From Haliotis cracherodii (Eukaryota), in the NCBI RefSeq assembly GCF_022045235.1, contig NW_027266279.1, forward strand, positions 3,410,001 through 3,474,000: 64,000 nt of DNA, read 5' to 3'. Of this stretch, positions 52,466 through 64,000 are shown piece after piece. The translations under genes were made by a program, and so were the position numbers. The notes under the pieces were generated by a model. The model saw only the letters and a program-made list of their open reading frames with translations. It was not told where the DNA came from and did no database searches. Within the stretch, counting starts at the first letter, position 1, and every line of letters starts with the position of its first letter.

Positions 52466-54290
52466 CTTCACAGTTACGTCTATCCACAGTAGAATAAACG
52501 GTGTGAATGACCATATAGCGAATACACAAGGCCTTTTATACAAATGGATAAGGAAATCAGGACACTATGAATCGAAATACTCCCAATGGAGAAAGAAAGA
52601 GAACAAGTTCTATTTTGACTTTTTCCTTAACATGTATTTGTAAACTAACACCAGATTATATAATATCACCTTGGCATTGGAGAGTTTCATTCTTTTTTAT
52701 TTACGTCTTCCTGAATAACCATCAAAACCTGCTGTGCATTTGTTACGTAAGGTGGCGCCCCTTGGATGTTTCTCTGTTGGATTAAATGCAAGGTGCACTG
52801 ACTCATCCAATGAATTCAAAGCAAATATGACATACAAAAAAATGAATGGACAGATGTCTATAAAATGCAAGAACAATGATTAGCTGTTAATATCCTGTTA
52901 CTATAGGTTTCGTTATGCAGTTTCTTGGTCCCATCAATGACTATTGTAAAAGACGTATATCTGAAATGAGCAAACAGTAGATACTGCATGCTTTTCATTT
53001 GATGAAAATACACCGATATTTATGGAATTACAACACGTACTACATGCCTCCATCGCCTTATATGCTACTCGTAGCACCACACATACACATACTGTAAGTA
53101 ATATCTACTCAATAATGGACACAGAAGTGACCGTGTAGCCACTTATACACGAGATATTTACACCTTTCTGAGAAGCGTAGGGATACAATAGGGCTACAGT
53201 CTGAAAGCAGAATATGAGACCGCTCCATGTCACACATCTGAGTTGCTTTGTTCAAAGCAGTTAAAAGAAAGCTAGACAATTAATTCAACTATTGTAGTCT
53301 GCATGTTTCAAATATTTCTTTGAGCTCTTTCCACACGATCGAAATCGCCTACCAATATATGCTGACCGCTGTAACCTGTAAGGAGCATTCTATCTCCATT
53401 TGACTCAGCAATACAGTAAACTAAATGTAATGTCAACGGTATTACATTTAAGAAGGAGTGCTAAATGACATCCTATTATGGTGTGCGGATAGTGTATCAA
53501 TGCAGTTAGCACACTGATAGTCAAATGGACAGGTGTGAAGTTAATTAGGTATGGTATGTTGCTACTTTAATACTATTGTAATTCTCCACAAGGTCAAAAC
53601 TGCTAAAATGCAGAAACGTCTAAAAGTGGACAAGAACAAGGCAGATGTGAAGCATTTGGGGACGATTATGTAGGGTTGAAAATTCTTTAAATCTTGAGAC
53701 AAAACATATTAGAGGGGAAGAGTTCTGTTTTTGACGCATACACAGTGAAGACAAAATGTTGAAATACATTAAAAGCAAAATGTTCTCATAGCTTAGATAT
53801 AAAGGTATTTTGCAATTATCAACGGAATGTGTTAAGCTAATTCTAGAGACGATGTGTATGATTTCACTAGTGGAAACTGATATATACCATGTATTTACAA
53901 TTCTCTTTCCGACAACACAGTCAAGTCAAGAAGTGAATTATTTGCAATGTTTAATTGTAAATTACCTTTTGTATTAGGAGGATTCATATGCCAACAATGG
54001 TACTAAAACTAACTCTCGCTGCAGCTGTTTTTGTAATAAACAGGATACGGTTCTCTGTATGTGCGTTTGTATTATACATCATGTACCACATAGGAGATAT
54101 GTGTTTCTTCTTTAAATTTGCAGGTAAGCAGTAAGTAGATACAAAGTCGAAAAGACATATTCATTTCATGGTTTTATTTGAAGTCGTTTCTCAAAGTTGG
54201 CATTGAATAGTGTGGTGTAGCCAACGAGGCTATGACAACGATGACATCAAATGTCCAACATTTGATAGAAATGTGAAGAGCCTGTTGAGT

Positions 54291-54919
54291 TTAACCATGG
54301 TGGCCACCGCCTCCATGGCCACCTCCTCCATGGCCGCCGCCACCGTGACCACCGCCGCCGCCTCCGCCACCATGACCACCTCCGTGGCCGCCACCTCCAT
54401 GTCCGCCGCCACCATGACCCCCACCACCTTTGCCGCCTCCTCCGTGGCCGCCACCCCCTTTGCCACCGCCTCCTTTTCCGCCACCTCCTCCGTGGCCGCC
54501 ACCTCCTTTGCCACCGCCTCCTTTGCCACCACCTCCTTTGCCACCGCCTCCTTTGCCACCGCCTCCTTTGCCACCGCCTCCCTTTCCACCGCCTCCATGT
54601 CCTCCTCCGCCTCCTTTGCCGCCACCCCCTCCGTGGCCACCATAGGCAGAGCCAAAGAAGGCTGTGAACACTAGAAAGGAGAACAGTGCATCTGTAGTTA
54701 AATGTCTTTAAAGAACAACGCAAGAATATAGTTTTCAACCTCATAATGTTGCCAATTACCTTTTGTACACTCTTTAAGTCACGTTGTTGTAGAAAATACG
54801 CAATGAATTAAAAGATAAGTGAATTTATCAGTCCACATTTCAATAGAACTCACACAGCTCACGTTTGAAAGGTTGAACTTACCCAAGGCCACAACGAGTG
54901 CAATTTTATAGAGCTGCAT
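54291..54919 (-). CDS. GKH-rich protein copy 17, 138 aa
   Basis: Intact; one synonymous Gly codon change. Confidence 0.9.
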
Positions 54920-56744
54920 CTTCACAGTTACGTCTATCCACAGTAGAATAAACGGTGTGAATGACCATATAGCAAATACACAAGGCCTTTTATACAAATG
55001 GATAAGGAAATCAGGACACTATGAATCGAAATACTCCCAATGGAGAAAGAAAGAGAACAAGTTCTAATTTGACTTTTTCCTTAACATGTATTTGTAAACT
55101 AACACCAGATTATATAATATCACCTTGGCATTGGAGAGTTTCATTCTTTATTATTTACGTCTTCCTGAATAACCATCAAAACCTGCTGTGCATTTGTTAC
55201 GTAAGGTGGCGCCCCTTGGATGTTTCTCTGTTGGATTAAATGCAAGGTGCACTGACTCATCCAATGAATTCAAAGCAAATATGACATACAAAAAAATGAA
55301 TGGACAGATGTCTATAAAATGCAAGAACAATGATTAGCTGTTAATATCCTGTTACTATAGGTTTCGTTATGCAGTTTCTTGGTCCCATCAATGACTATTG
55401 TAAAAGACGTATATCTGAAATGAACAAACAGTAGATACTGCATGCTTTTCATTTGATGAAAATACACCGATATTTATGGAATTACAACACGTACTACATG
55501 TCTCCATCGCCTTATATGCTGCTCGTAGCACCACACATACACACACTGCAAGTAATATCTACTCAATAATGGACACAGAAGTGACCGTGTAGCCACTTAT
55601 ACACGAGATATTTACACCTTTCTGAGAAGCGTAGGGATACAATAGGGCTACAGTCTGAAAGCAGAATATGAGACCGCTCCATGTCACACATCTGAGTTGC
55701 TTTGTTCAAAACAGTTAAAAGAAAGCTAGACAATTAATTCAACTATTGTAGTCTGCATGTTTAAAATATTTCTTTGAGCTCTTTCCACACGATCGAAATC
55801 GCCTACCAATATATGCTGACCGCTGTAACCTGTAAGGAGCATACTATCTCCATTTGACTCAGCAATACAGTAAACTAAATGTAATGTCAACGGTATTACA
55901 TTTAAGAAGGAGTGCTAAATGACATCCTATTATGGTGTGCGGATAGTGTATCAATGCAGTTAGCACACTGATAGTCAAATGGACAGGTGTGAAGTTAATT
56001 AGGTATGGTATGTTGCTACTTTAATACTATTGTAATTCTCCACAAGGTCAAAACTGCTAAAATGCAGAAAATTCTAAAAGTGGACAAGAACAAGGTAGAT
56101 GTGAAGCATTTGGGGACGATTATGTAGGGTTGAAAATTCTTTAAATCTTGAGACAAAACATATTAGAGGGGAAGAGTTCTGTTTTTGACGCATACACAGT
56201 GAAGACAAAATGTTGAAATACATTAAAAGCAAAATGTTCTCATAGCTTAGATATAAAGGTATTTTGCAATTATCAACGGAATCTGTTAAGCTAATTCTAG
56301 AGACGATGTGTATGATTTCACTAGTGGAAACTGATATATACCATGTATTTACAATTCTCTTTCCGACAACACAGTCAAGTCAAGAAGTGAATTATTTGCA
56401 ATGTTTAATTGTAAATTACCTTTTGTATTAGGAGGATTCATATGCCAACAATGGTACTAAAACTAACTCTCGCTGCAGCTGTTTTTGTAATAAACAGGAT
56501 ACGGTTCTCTGTATGTGCGTTTGTATTATACATCATGTACCACATAGGAGATATGTGTTTCTTCTTTAAATTTGCAGGTAAGCAGTAAGTAGATACAAAG
56601 TCGAAAAGACATATTCATTTCATGGTTTTATTTGAAGTCGTTTCTCAAAGTTGGCATTGAATAGTGTGGTGTAGCCAACGAGGCTATGACAACGATGACA
56701 TCAAATGTCCAACATTTGATAGAAATGTGAAGAGCCTGTTGAGT

Positions 56745-57373
56745 TTAACCATGGTGGCCACCGCCTCCATGGCCACCTCCTCCATGGCCGCCGCCACCGT
56801 GACCACCGCCGCCGCCGCCGCCACCATGACCACCTCCGTGGCCGCCACCTCCATGTCCGCCGCCACCATGACCCCCACCACCTTTGCCGCCTCCTCCGTG
56901 GCCGCCACCCCCTTTGCCACCGCCTCCTTTTCCGCCACCTCCTCCGTGGCCGCCACCTCCTTTGCCACCGCCTCCTTTGCCACCACCTCCTTTGCCACCG
57001 CCTCCTTTGCCACCGCCTCCTTTGCCACCGCCTCCCTTTCCACCGCCTCCATGTCCTCCTCCGCCTCCTTTGCCGCCACCCCCTCCGTGGCCACCATAGG
57101 CAGAGCCAAAGAAGGCTGTGAACACTAGAAAGGAGAACAGTGCATCTGTAGTTAAATGTCTTTAAAGAACAACGCAAGAATATAGTTTTCAACCTCATAA
57201 TGTTGCCAATTACCTTTTGTACGCTCTTTAAGTCACGTTGTTGTAGAAAATACGCAATGAATTAAAAGATAAGTGAATTTATCAGTCCACATTTCAATAG
57301 AACTCGCACAGCTCACGTTTGAAAGGTTGAACTTACCCAAGGCCACAACGAGTGCAATTTTATAGAGCTGCAT
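56745..57373 (-). CDS. GKH-rich protein copy 18, 138 aa
   Basis: Intact; ATG read directly at 57373. Confidence 0.9.
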
Positions 57374-59207
57374 CTTCACAGTTACGTCTATCCACAGTAG
57401 AATAAACGGTGTGAATGATCATATAGCGAATACACAAGGCCTTTTATACAAATGGATAAGGAAATCAGGACACTATGAATCGAAATACTCCCAATGGAGA
57501 AAGAAAGAGAACAAGTTCTATTTTGACTTTTTCCTTAACATGTATTTGTAAACTAACACCAGATTATATAATATCACCTTGGCATTGGAGAGTTTCATTC
57601 TTTTTTATTTACGTCTTCCTGAATAACCATCAAAACCTGCTGTGCATTTGTTACGTAAGGTGGCGCCCCTTGGATGTTTCTCTGTTGGATTAAATGCAAG
57701 GTGCACTGACTCATCCAATGAATTCAAAGCAAATATGACATACAAAAAAATGAATGGACAGATGTCTATAAAATGCAAGAACAATGATTAGCTGTTAATA
57801 TCCTGTTACTATAGGTTTCGTTATGCAGTTTCTTGGTCCCATCAATGACTATTGTAAAAGACGTATATCTGAAATGAGCAAACAGTAGATACTGCATGCT
57901 TTTCATTTGATGAAAATACACCGATATTTATGGAATTACAACACGTACTACATGCCTCCATCGCCTTATATGCTACTCGTAGCACCACACATACACATAC
58001 TGTAAGTAATATCTACTCAATAATGGACACAGAAGTGACCGTGTAGCCACTTATACACGAGATATTTACACCTTTCTGAGAAGCGTAGGGATACAATAGG
58101 GCTACAGTCTGAAAGCAGAATATGAGACCGCTCCATGTCACACATCTGAGTTGCTTTGTTCAAAGCAGTTAAAAGAAAGCTAGACAATTAATTCAACTAT
58201 TGTAGTCTGCATGTTTCAAATATTTCTTTGAGCTCTTTCCACACGATCGAAATCGCCTACCAATATATGCTGACCGCTGTAACCTGTAAGGAGCATTCTA
58301 TCTCCATTTGACTCAGCAATACAGTAAACTAAATGTAATGTCAACGGTATTACATTTAAGAAGGAGTGCTAAATGACATCCTATTATGGTGTGCGGATAG
58401 TGTATCAATGCAGTTAGCACACTGATAGTCAAATGGACAGGTGTGAAGTTAATTAGGTATGGTATGTTGCTACTTTAATACTATTGTAATTCTCCACAAG
58501 GTCAAAACTGCTAAAATGCAGAAACGTCTAAAAGTGGACAAGAACAAGGCAGATGTGAAGCATTTGGGGACGATTATGTACAATGTAGGGTTGAAAATTC
58601 TTTAAATCTTGAGACAAAACATATTAGAGGGGAAGAGTTCTGTTTTTGACGCATACACAGTGAAGACAAAATGTTGAAATACATTAAAAGCAAAATGTTC
58701 TCATAGCTTAGATATAAAGGTATTTTGCAATTATCAACGGAATCTGTTAAGCTAATTCTAGAGACGATGTGTATGATTTCACTAGTGGAAACTGATATAT
58801 ACCATGTATTTACAATTCGCTTTCCGACAACACAGTCAAGTCAAGAAGTGAATTATTTGCAATGTTTAATTGTAAATTACCTTTTGTATTAGGAGGATTC
58901 ATATGCCAACAATGGTACTAAAACTAACTCTCGCTGTGCAGCTGTTTTTGTAATAAACAGGATACTGTTCTCACTATGTGCGTTTGTATTATACATCATG
59001 TACCACATAGGAGATATGTGTTTCTTCTTTGAATTTGCAGGTAAGCAGTAAGTAGATACAAAGTTGAAAAGACATATTCATTTCATGGTTTTATTTGAAG
59101 TCGTTTCTCAAAGTTGACATTGAATAGTGTGGTGTAGCCAACGAGGCTATGACAACGATGACATCAAATGTCCAGCATTTGATAGAAATGTGAAGAGCCT
59201 GTTGAGT

Positions 59208-59878
59208 TTAACCATGGTGGCCACCTCCTCCATGGCCACCTCCTCCATGGCCGCCGCCACCGTGACCACCTCCGTGGCCACCACCACCGTGACCACCGCC
59301 ACCGCCGCCGCCACCATGACCACCTCCGTGGCCGCCACCTCCATGTCCGCCGCCACCATGACCCCCACCACCTTTGCCGCCTCCTCCGTGGCCGCCACCC
59401 CCTTTGCCACCGCCTCCTTTTCCACCACCTCCTCCGTGGCCGCCACCTCCTTTGCCACCGCCTCCTTTGCCACCACCTCCTTTGCCACCGCCTCCTTTGC
59501 CACCGCCTCCTTTGCCACCGCCTCCTTTGCCACCGCCTCCCTTTCCACCGCCTCCATGTCCTCCTCCGCCTCCTTTGCCGCCACCCCCTCCGTGGCCACC
59601 ATAGGCAGAGCCAAAGAAGGCTGTGAACACTAGAAAGGAGAACAGTGCATCTGTAGTTAAATGTCTTTAAAGAACAACGCAAGAATATAGTTTTCAACCT
59701 CATAATGTTGCCAATTACCTTTTGTACGCTCTTTAAGTCACGTTGTTGTAGAAAATACGCAATGAATTAAAAGATAAGTGAATTTATCAGTCCACATTTC
59801 AATAGAACTCACACAGCTCACGTTTGAAAGGTTGAACTTACCCAAGGCCACAACGAGTGCAATTTTATAGAGCTGCAT
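59208..59878 (-). CDS. GKH-rich protein copy 19, 152 aa (+42 bp in frame)
   Basis: Extra GGGGK plus an extra 9-aa Gly/His segment. Confidence 0.9.
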
Positions 59879-61712
59879 CTTCACAGTTACGTCTATCCAC
59901 AGTAGAATAAACGGTGTGAATGATCATATAGCGAATACACAAGGCCTTTTATACAAATGGATAAGGAAATCAGGACACTATGAATCGAAATACTCCCAAT
60001 GGAGAAAGAAAGAGAACAAGTTCTATTTTGACTTTTTCCTTAACATGTATTTGTAAACTAACACCAGATTATATAATATCACCTTGGCATTGGAGAGTTT
60101 CATTCTTTTTTATTTACGTCTTCCTGAATAACCATCAAAACCTGCTGTGCATTTGTTACGTAAGGTGGCGCCCCTTGGATGTTTCTCTGTTGGATTAAAT
60201 GCAAGGTGCACTGACTCATCCAATGAATTCAAAGCAAATATGACATACAAAAAAATGAATGGACAGATGTCTATAAAATGCAAGAACAATGATTAGCTGT
60301 TAATATCCTGTTACTATAGGTTTCGTTATGCAGTTTCTTGGTCCCATCAATGACTATTGTAAAAGACGTATATCTGAAATGAGCAAACAGTAGATACTGC
60401 ATGCTTTTCATTTGATGAAAATACACCGATATTTATGGAATTACAACACGTACTACATGCCTCCATCGCCTTATATGCTACTCGTAGCACCACACATACA
60501 CATACTGTAAGTAATATCTACTCAATAATGGACACAGAAGTGACCGTGTAGCCACTTATACACGAGATATTTACACCTTTCTGAGAAGCGTAGGGATACA
60601 ATAGGGCTACAGTCTGAAAGCAGAATATGAGACCGCTCCATGTCACACATCTGAGTTGCTTTGTTCAAAGCAGTTAAAAGAAAGCTAGACAATTAATTCA
60701 ACTATTGTAGTCTGCATGTTTCAAATATTTCTTTGAGCTCTTTCCACACGATCGAAATCGCCTACCAATATATGCTGACCGCTGTAACCTGTAAGGAGCA
60801 TTCTATCTCCATTTGACTCAGCAATACAGTAAACTAAATGTAATGTCAACGGTATTACATTTAAGAAGGAGTGCTAAATGACATCCTATTATGGTGTGCG
60901 GATAGTGTATCAATGCAGTTAGCACACTGATAGTCAAATGGACAGGTGTGAAGTTAATTAGGTATGGTATGTTGCTACTTTAATACTTTTGTAATTCTCC
61001 ACAAGGTCAAAACTGCTAAAATGCAGAAACGTCTAAAAGTGGACAAGAACAAGGCAGATGTGAAGCATTTGGGGACGATTATGTACAATGTAGGGTTGAA
61101 AATTCTTTAAATCTTGAGACAAAACATATTAGAGGGGAAGAGTTCTGTTTTTGACGCATACACAGTGAAGACAAAATGTTGAAATACATTAAAAGCAAAA
61201 TGTTCTCATAGCTTAGATATAAAGGTATTTTGCAATTATCAACGGAATCTGTTAAGCTAATTCTAGAGACGATGTGTATGATTTCACTAGTGGAAACTGA
61301 TATATACCATGTATTTACAATTCTCTTTCCGACAACACAGTCAAGTCAAGAAGTGAATTATTTGCAATGTTTAATTGTAAATTACCTTTTGTATTAGGAG
61401 GATTCATATGCCAACAATGGTACTAAAACTAACTCTCGCTGTGCAGCTGTTTTTGTAATAAACAGGATACTGTTCTCACTATGTGCGTTTGTATTATACA
61501 TCATGTACCACATAGGAGATATGTGTTTCTTCTTTGAATTTGCAGGTAAGCAGTAAGTAGATACAAAGTTGAAAAGACGTATTCATTTCATGGTTTTATT
61601 TGAAGTCGTTTCTCAAAGTTGACATTGAATAGTGTGGTGTAGCCAACGAGGCTATGACAACGATGACATCAAATGTCCAGCATTTGATAGAAATGTGAAG
61701 AGCCTGTTGAGT

Positions 61713-62368
61713 TTAACCATGGTGGCCACCGCCTCCATGGCCACCTCCTCCATGGCCGCCGCCACCGTGACCACCTCCGTGGCCACCACCACCGTGACCA
61801 CCGCCACCGCCGCCGCCACCATGACCACCTCCGTGGCCGCCACCTCCATGTCCGCCGCCACCATGACCCCCACCACCTTTGCCGCCTCCTCCGTGGCCGC
61901 CACCCCCTTTGCCACCGCCTCCTTTTCCACCACCTCCTCCGTGGCCGCCACCTCCTTTGCCACCGCCTCCTTTGCCACCACCTCCTTTGCCACCGCCTCC
62001 TTTGCCACCGCCTCCTTTGCCACCGCCTCCCTTTCCACCGCCTCCATGTCCTCCTCCGCCTCCTTTGCCGCCACCCCCTCCGTGGCCACCATAGGCAGAG
62101 CCAAAGAAGGCTGTGAACACTAGAAAGGAGAACAGTGCATCTGTAGTTAAATGTCTTTAAAGAACAACGCAAGAATATAGTTTTCAACCTCATAATGTTG
62201 CCAATTACCTTTTGTACGCTCTTTAAGTCACGTTGTTGTAGAAAATACGCAATGAATTAAAAGATAAGTGAATTTATCAGTCCACATTTCAATAGAACTC
62301 ACACAGCTCACGTTTGAAAGGTTGAACTTACCCAAGGCCACAACGAGTGCAATTTTATAGAGCTGCAT
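61713..62368 (-). CDS. GKH-rich protein copy 20, 147 aa (+27 bp in frame)
   Basis: Extra 9-aa Gly/His segment shared with copy 19. Confidence 0.9.
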
Positions 62369-64000
62369 CTTCACAGTTACGTCTATCCACAGTAGAATAA
62401 ACGGTGTGAATGATCATATAGCGAATACACAAGGCCTTTTATACAAATGGATAAGGAAATCAGGACACTATGAATCGAAATACTCCCAATGGAGAAAGAA
62501 AGAGAACAAGTTCTATTTTGACTTTTTCCTTAACATGTATTTGTAAACTAACACCAGATTATATAATATCACCTTGGCATTGGAGAGTTTCATTCTTTTT
62601 TATTTACGTCTTCCTGAATAACCATCAAAACCTGCTGTGCATTTGTTACGTAAGGTGGCGCCCCTTGGATGTTTCTCTGTTGGATTAAATGCAAGGTGCA
62701 CTGACTCATCCAATGAATTCAAAGCAAATATGACATACAAAAAAATGAATGGACAGATGTCTATAAAATGCAAGAACAATGATTAGCTGTTAATATCCTG
62801 TTACTATAGGTTTCGTTATGCAGTTTCTTGGTCCCATCAATGACTATTGTAAAAGACGTATATCTGAAATGAGCAAACAGTAGATACTGCATGCTTTTCA
62901 TTTGATGAAAATACACCGATATTTATGGAATTACAACACGTACTACATGCCTCCATCGCCTTATATGCTACTCGTAGCACCACACATACACATACTGTAA
63001 GTAATATCTACTCAATAATGGACACAGAAGTGACCGTGTAGCCACTTATACACGAGATATTTACACCTTTCTGAGAAGCGTAGGGATACAATAGGGCTAC
63101 AGTCTGAAAGCAGAATATGAGACCGCTCCATGTCACACATCTGAGTTGCTTTGTTCAAAGCAGTTAAAAGAAAGCTAGACAATTAATTCAACTATTGTAG
63201 TCTGCATGTTTCAAATATTTCTTTGAGCTCTTTCCACACGATCGAAATCGCCTACCAATATATGCTGACCGCTGTAACCTGTAAGGAGCATACTATCTCC
63301 ATTTGACTCAGCAATACAGTAAACTAAATGTAATGTCAACGGTATTACATTTAAGAAGGAGTGCTAAATGACATCCTATTATGGTGTGCGGATAGTGTAT
63401 CAATGCAGTTAGCACACTGATAGTCAAATGGACAGGTGTGAAGTTAATTAGGTATGGTATGTTGCTACTTTAATACTATTGTAATTCTCCACAAGGTCAA
63501 AACTGCTAAAATGCAGAAACGTCTAAAAGTGGACAAGAACAAGGTAGATGTGAAGCATTTGGGGACGATTATGTAGGGTTGAAAATTCTTTAAATCTTGA
63601 GACAAAACATATTAGAGGGGAAGAGTTCTGTTTTTGACGCATACACAGTGAAGACAAAATGTTGAAATACATTAAAAGCAAAATGTTCTCATAGCTTAGA
63701 TATAAAGGTATTTTGCAATTATCAACGGAATCTGTTAAGCTAATTCTAGAGACGATGTGTATGATTTCACTAGTGGAAACTGATATATACCATGTATTTA
63801 CAATTCTCTTTCCGACAACACAGTCAAGTCAAGAAGTGAATTATTTGCAATGTTTAATTGTAAATTACCTTTTGTATTAGGAGGATTCATATGCCAACAA
63901 TGGTACTAAAACTAACTCTCGCTGTGCAGCTGTTTTTGTAATAAACAGGATACTGTTCTCACTATGTGCGTTTGTATTATACATCATGTACCACATAGGA

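Larger units (their letters stand above)
13342..64000 (-). repeat. Tandem gene array, ~2,454-bp unit, 20 complete gene copies, open at the right edge
   Basis: Near-identical units; homologous positions are spaced 2436-2505 bp, and exactly 2454 bp across copies 10-18. Confidence 0.98.

Overview
AT-rich animal genomic DNA, probably molluscan; the SINE family resembles abalone (Haliotis) repeats, which is recalled resemblance, not a search result. Bases 1-13.3 kb are repeat-rich and essentially non-coding: SINEs, two minisatellites, a hairpin-ended element inside one minisatellite, and a decayed LINE with a nested SINE. From ~13,342 to the window end is a head-to-tail array of a ~2,454-bp unit with 20 complete gene copies; it runs past the window edge. 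Each unit carries a compact two-exon minus-strand gene that the ORF track only partly shows: TATA box, Inr, a 37-nt coding exon 1, a 212-nt phase-1 GT-AG intron, exon 2 and AATAAA. The spliced product is a signal peptide (MQLYKIALVVALVFTAFFGSAYG) followed by a mature chain of essentially only Gly, Lys and His. The modal mature chain is 115 aa (G92 K10 H13), with a (GGGGK)n N-terminal block, a (GGGGH)n C-terminal block and an HHG-stop end. Seventeen copies are intact. Three have a +1 homopolymer frameshift into an Arg/Trp-rich frame. At the left edge, a gene-less remnant of the same promoter is split by a LINE+SINE insertion.
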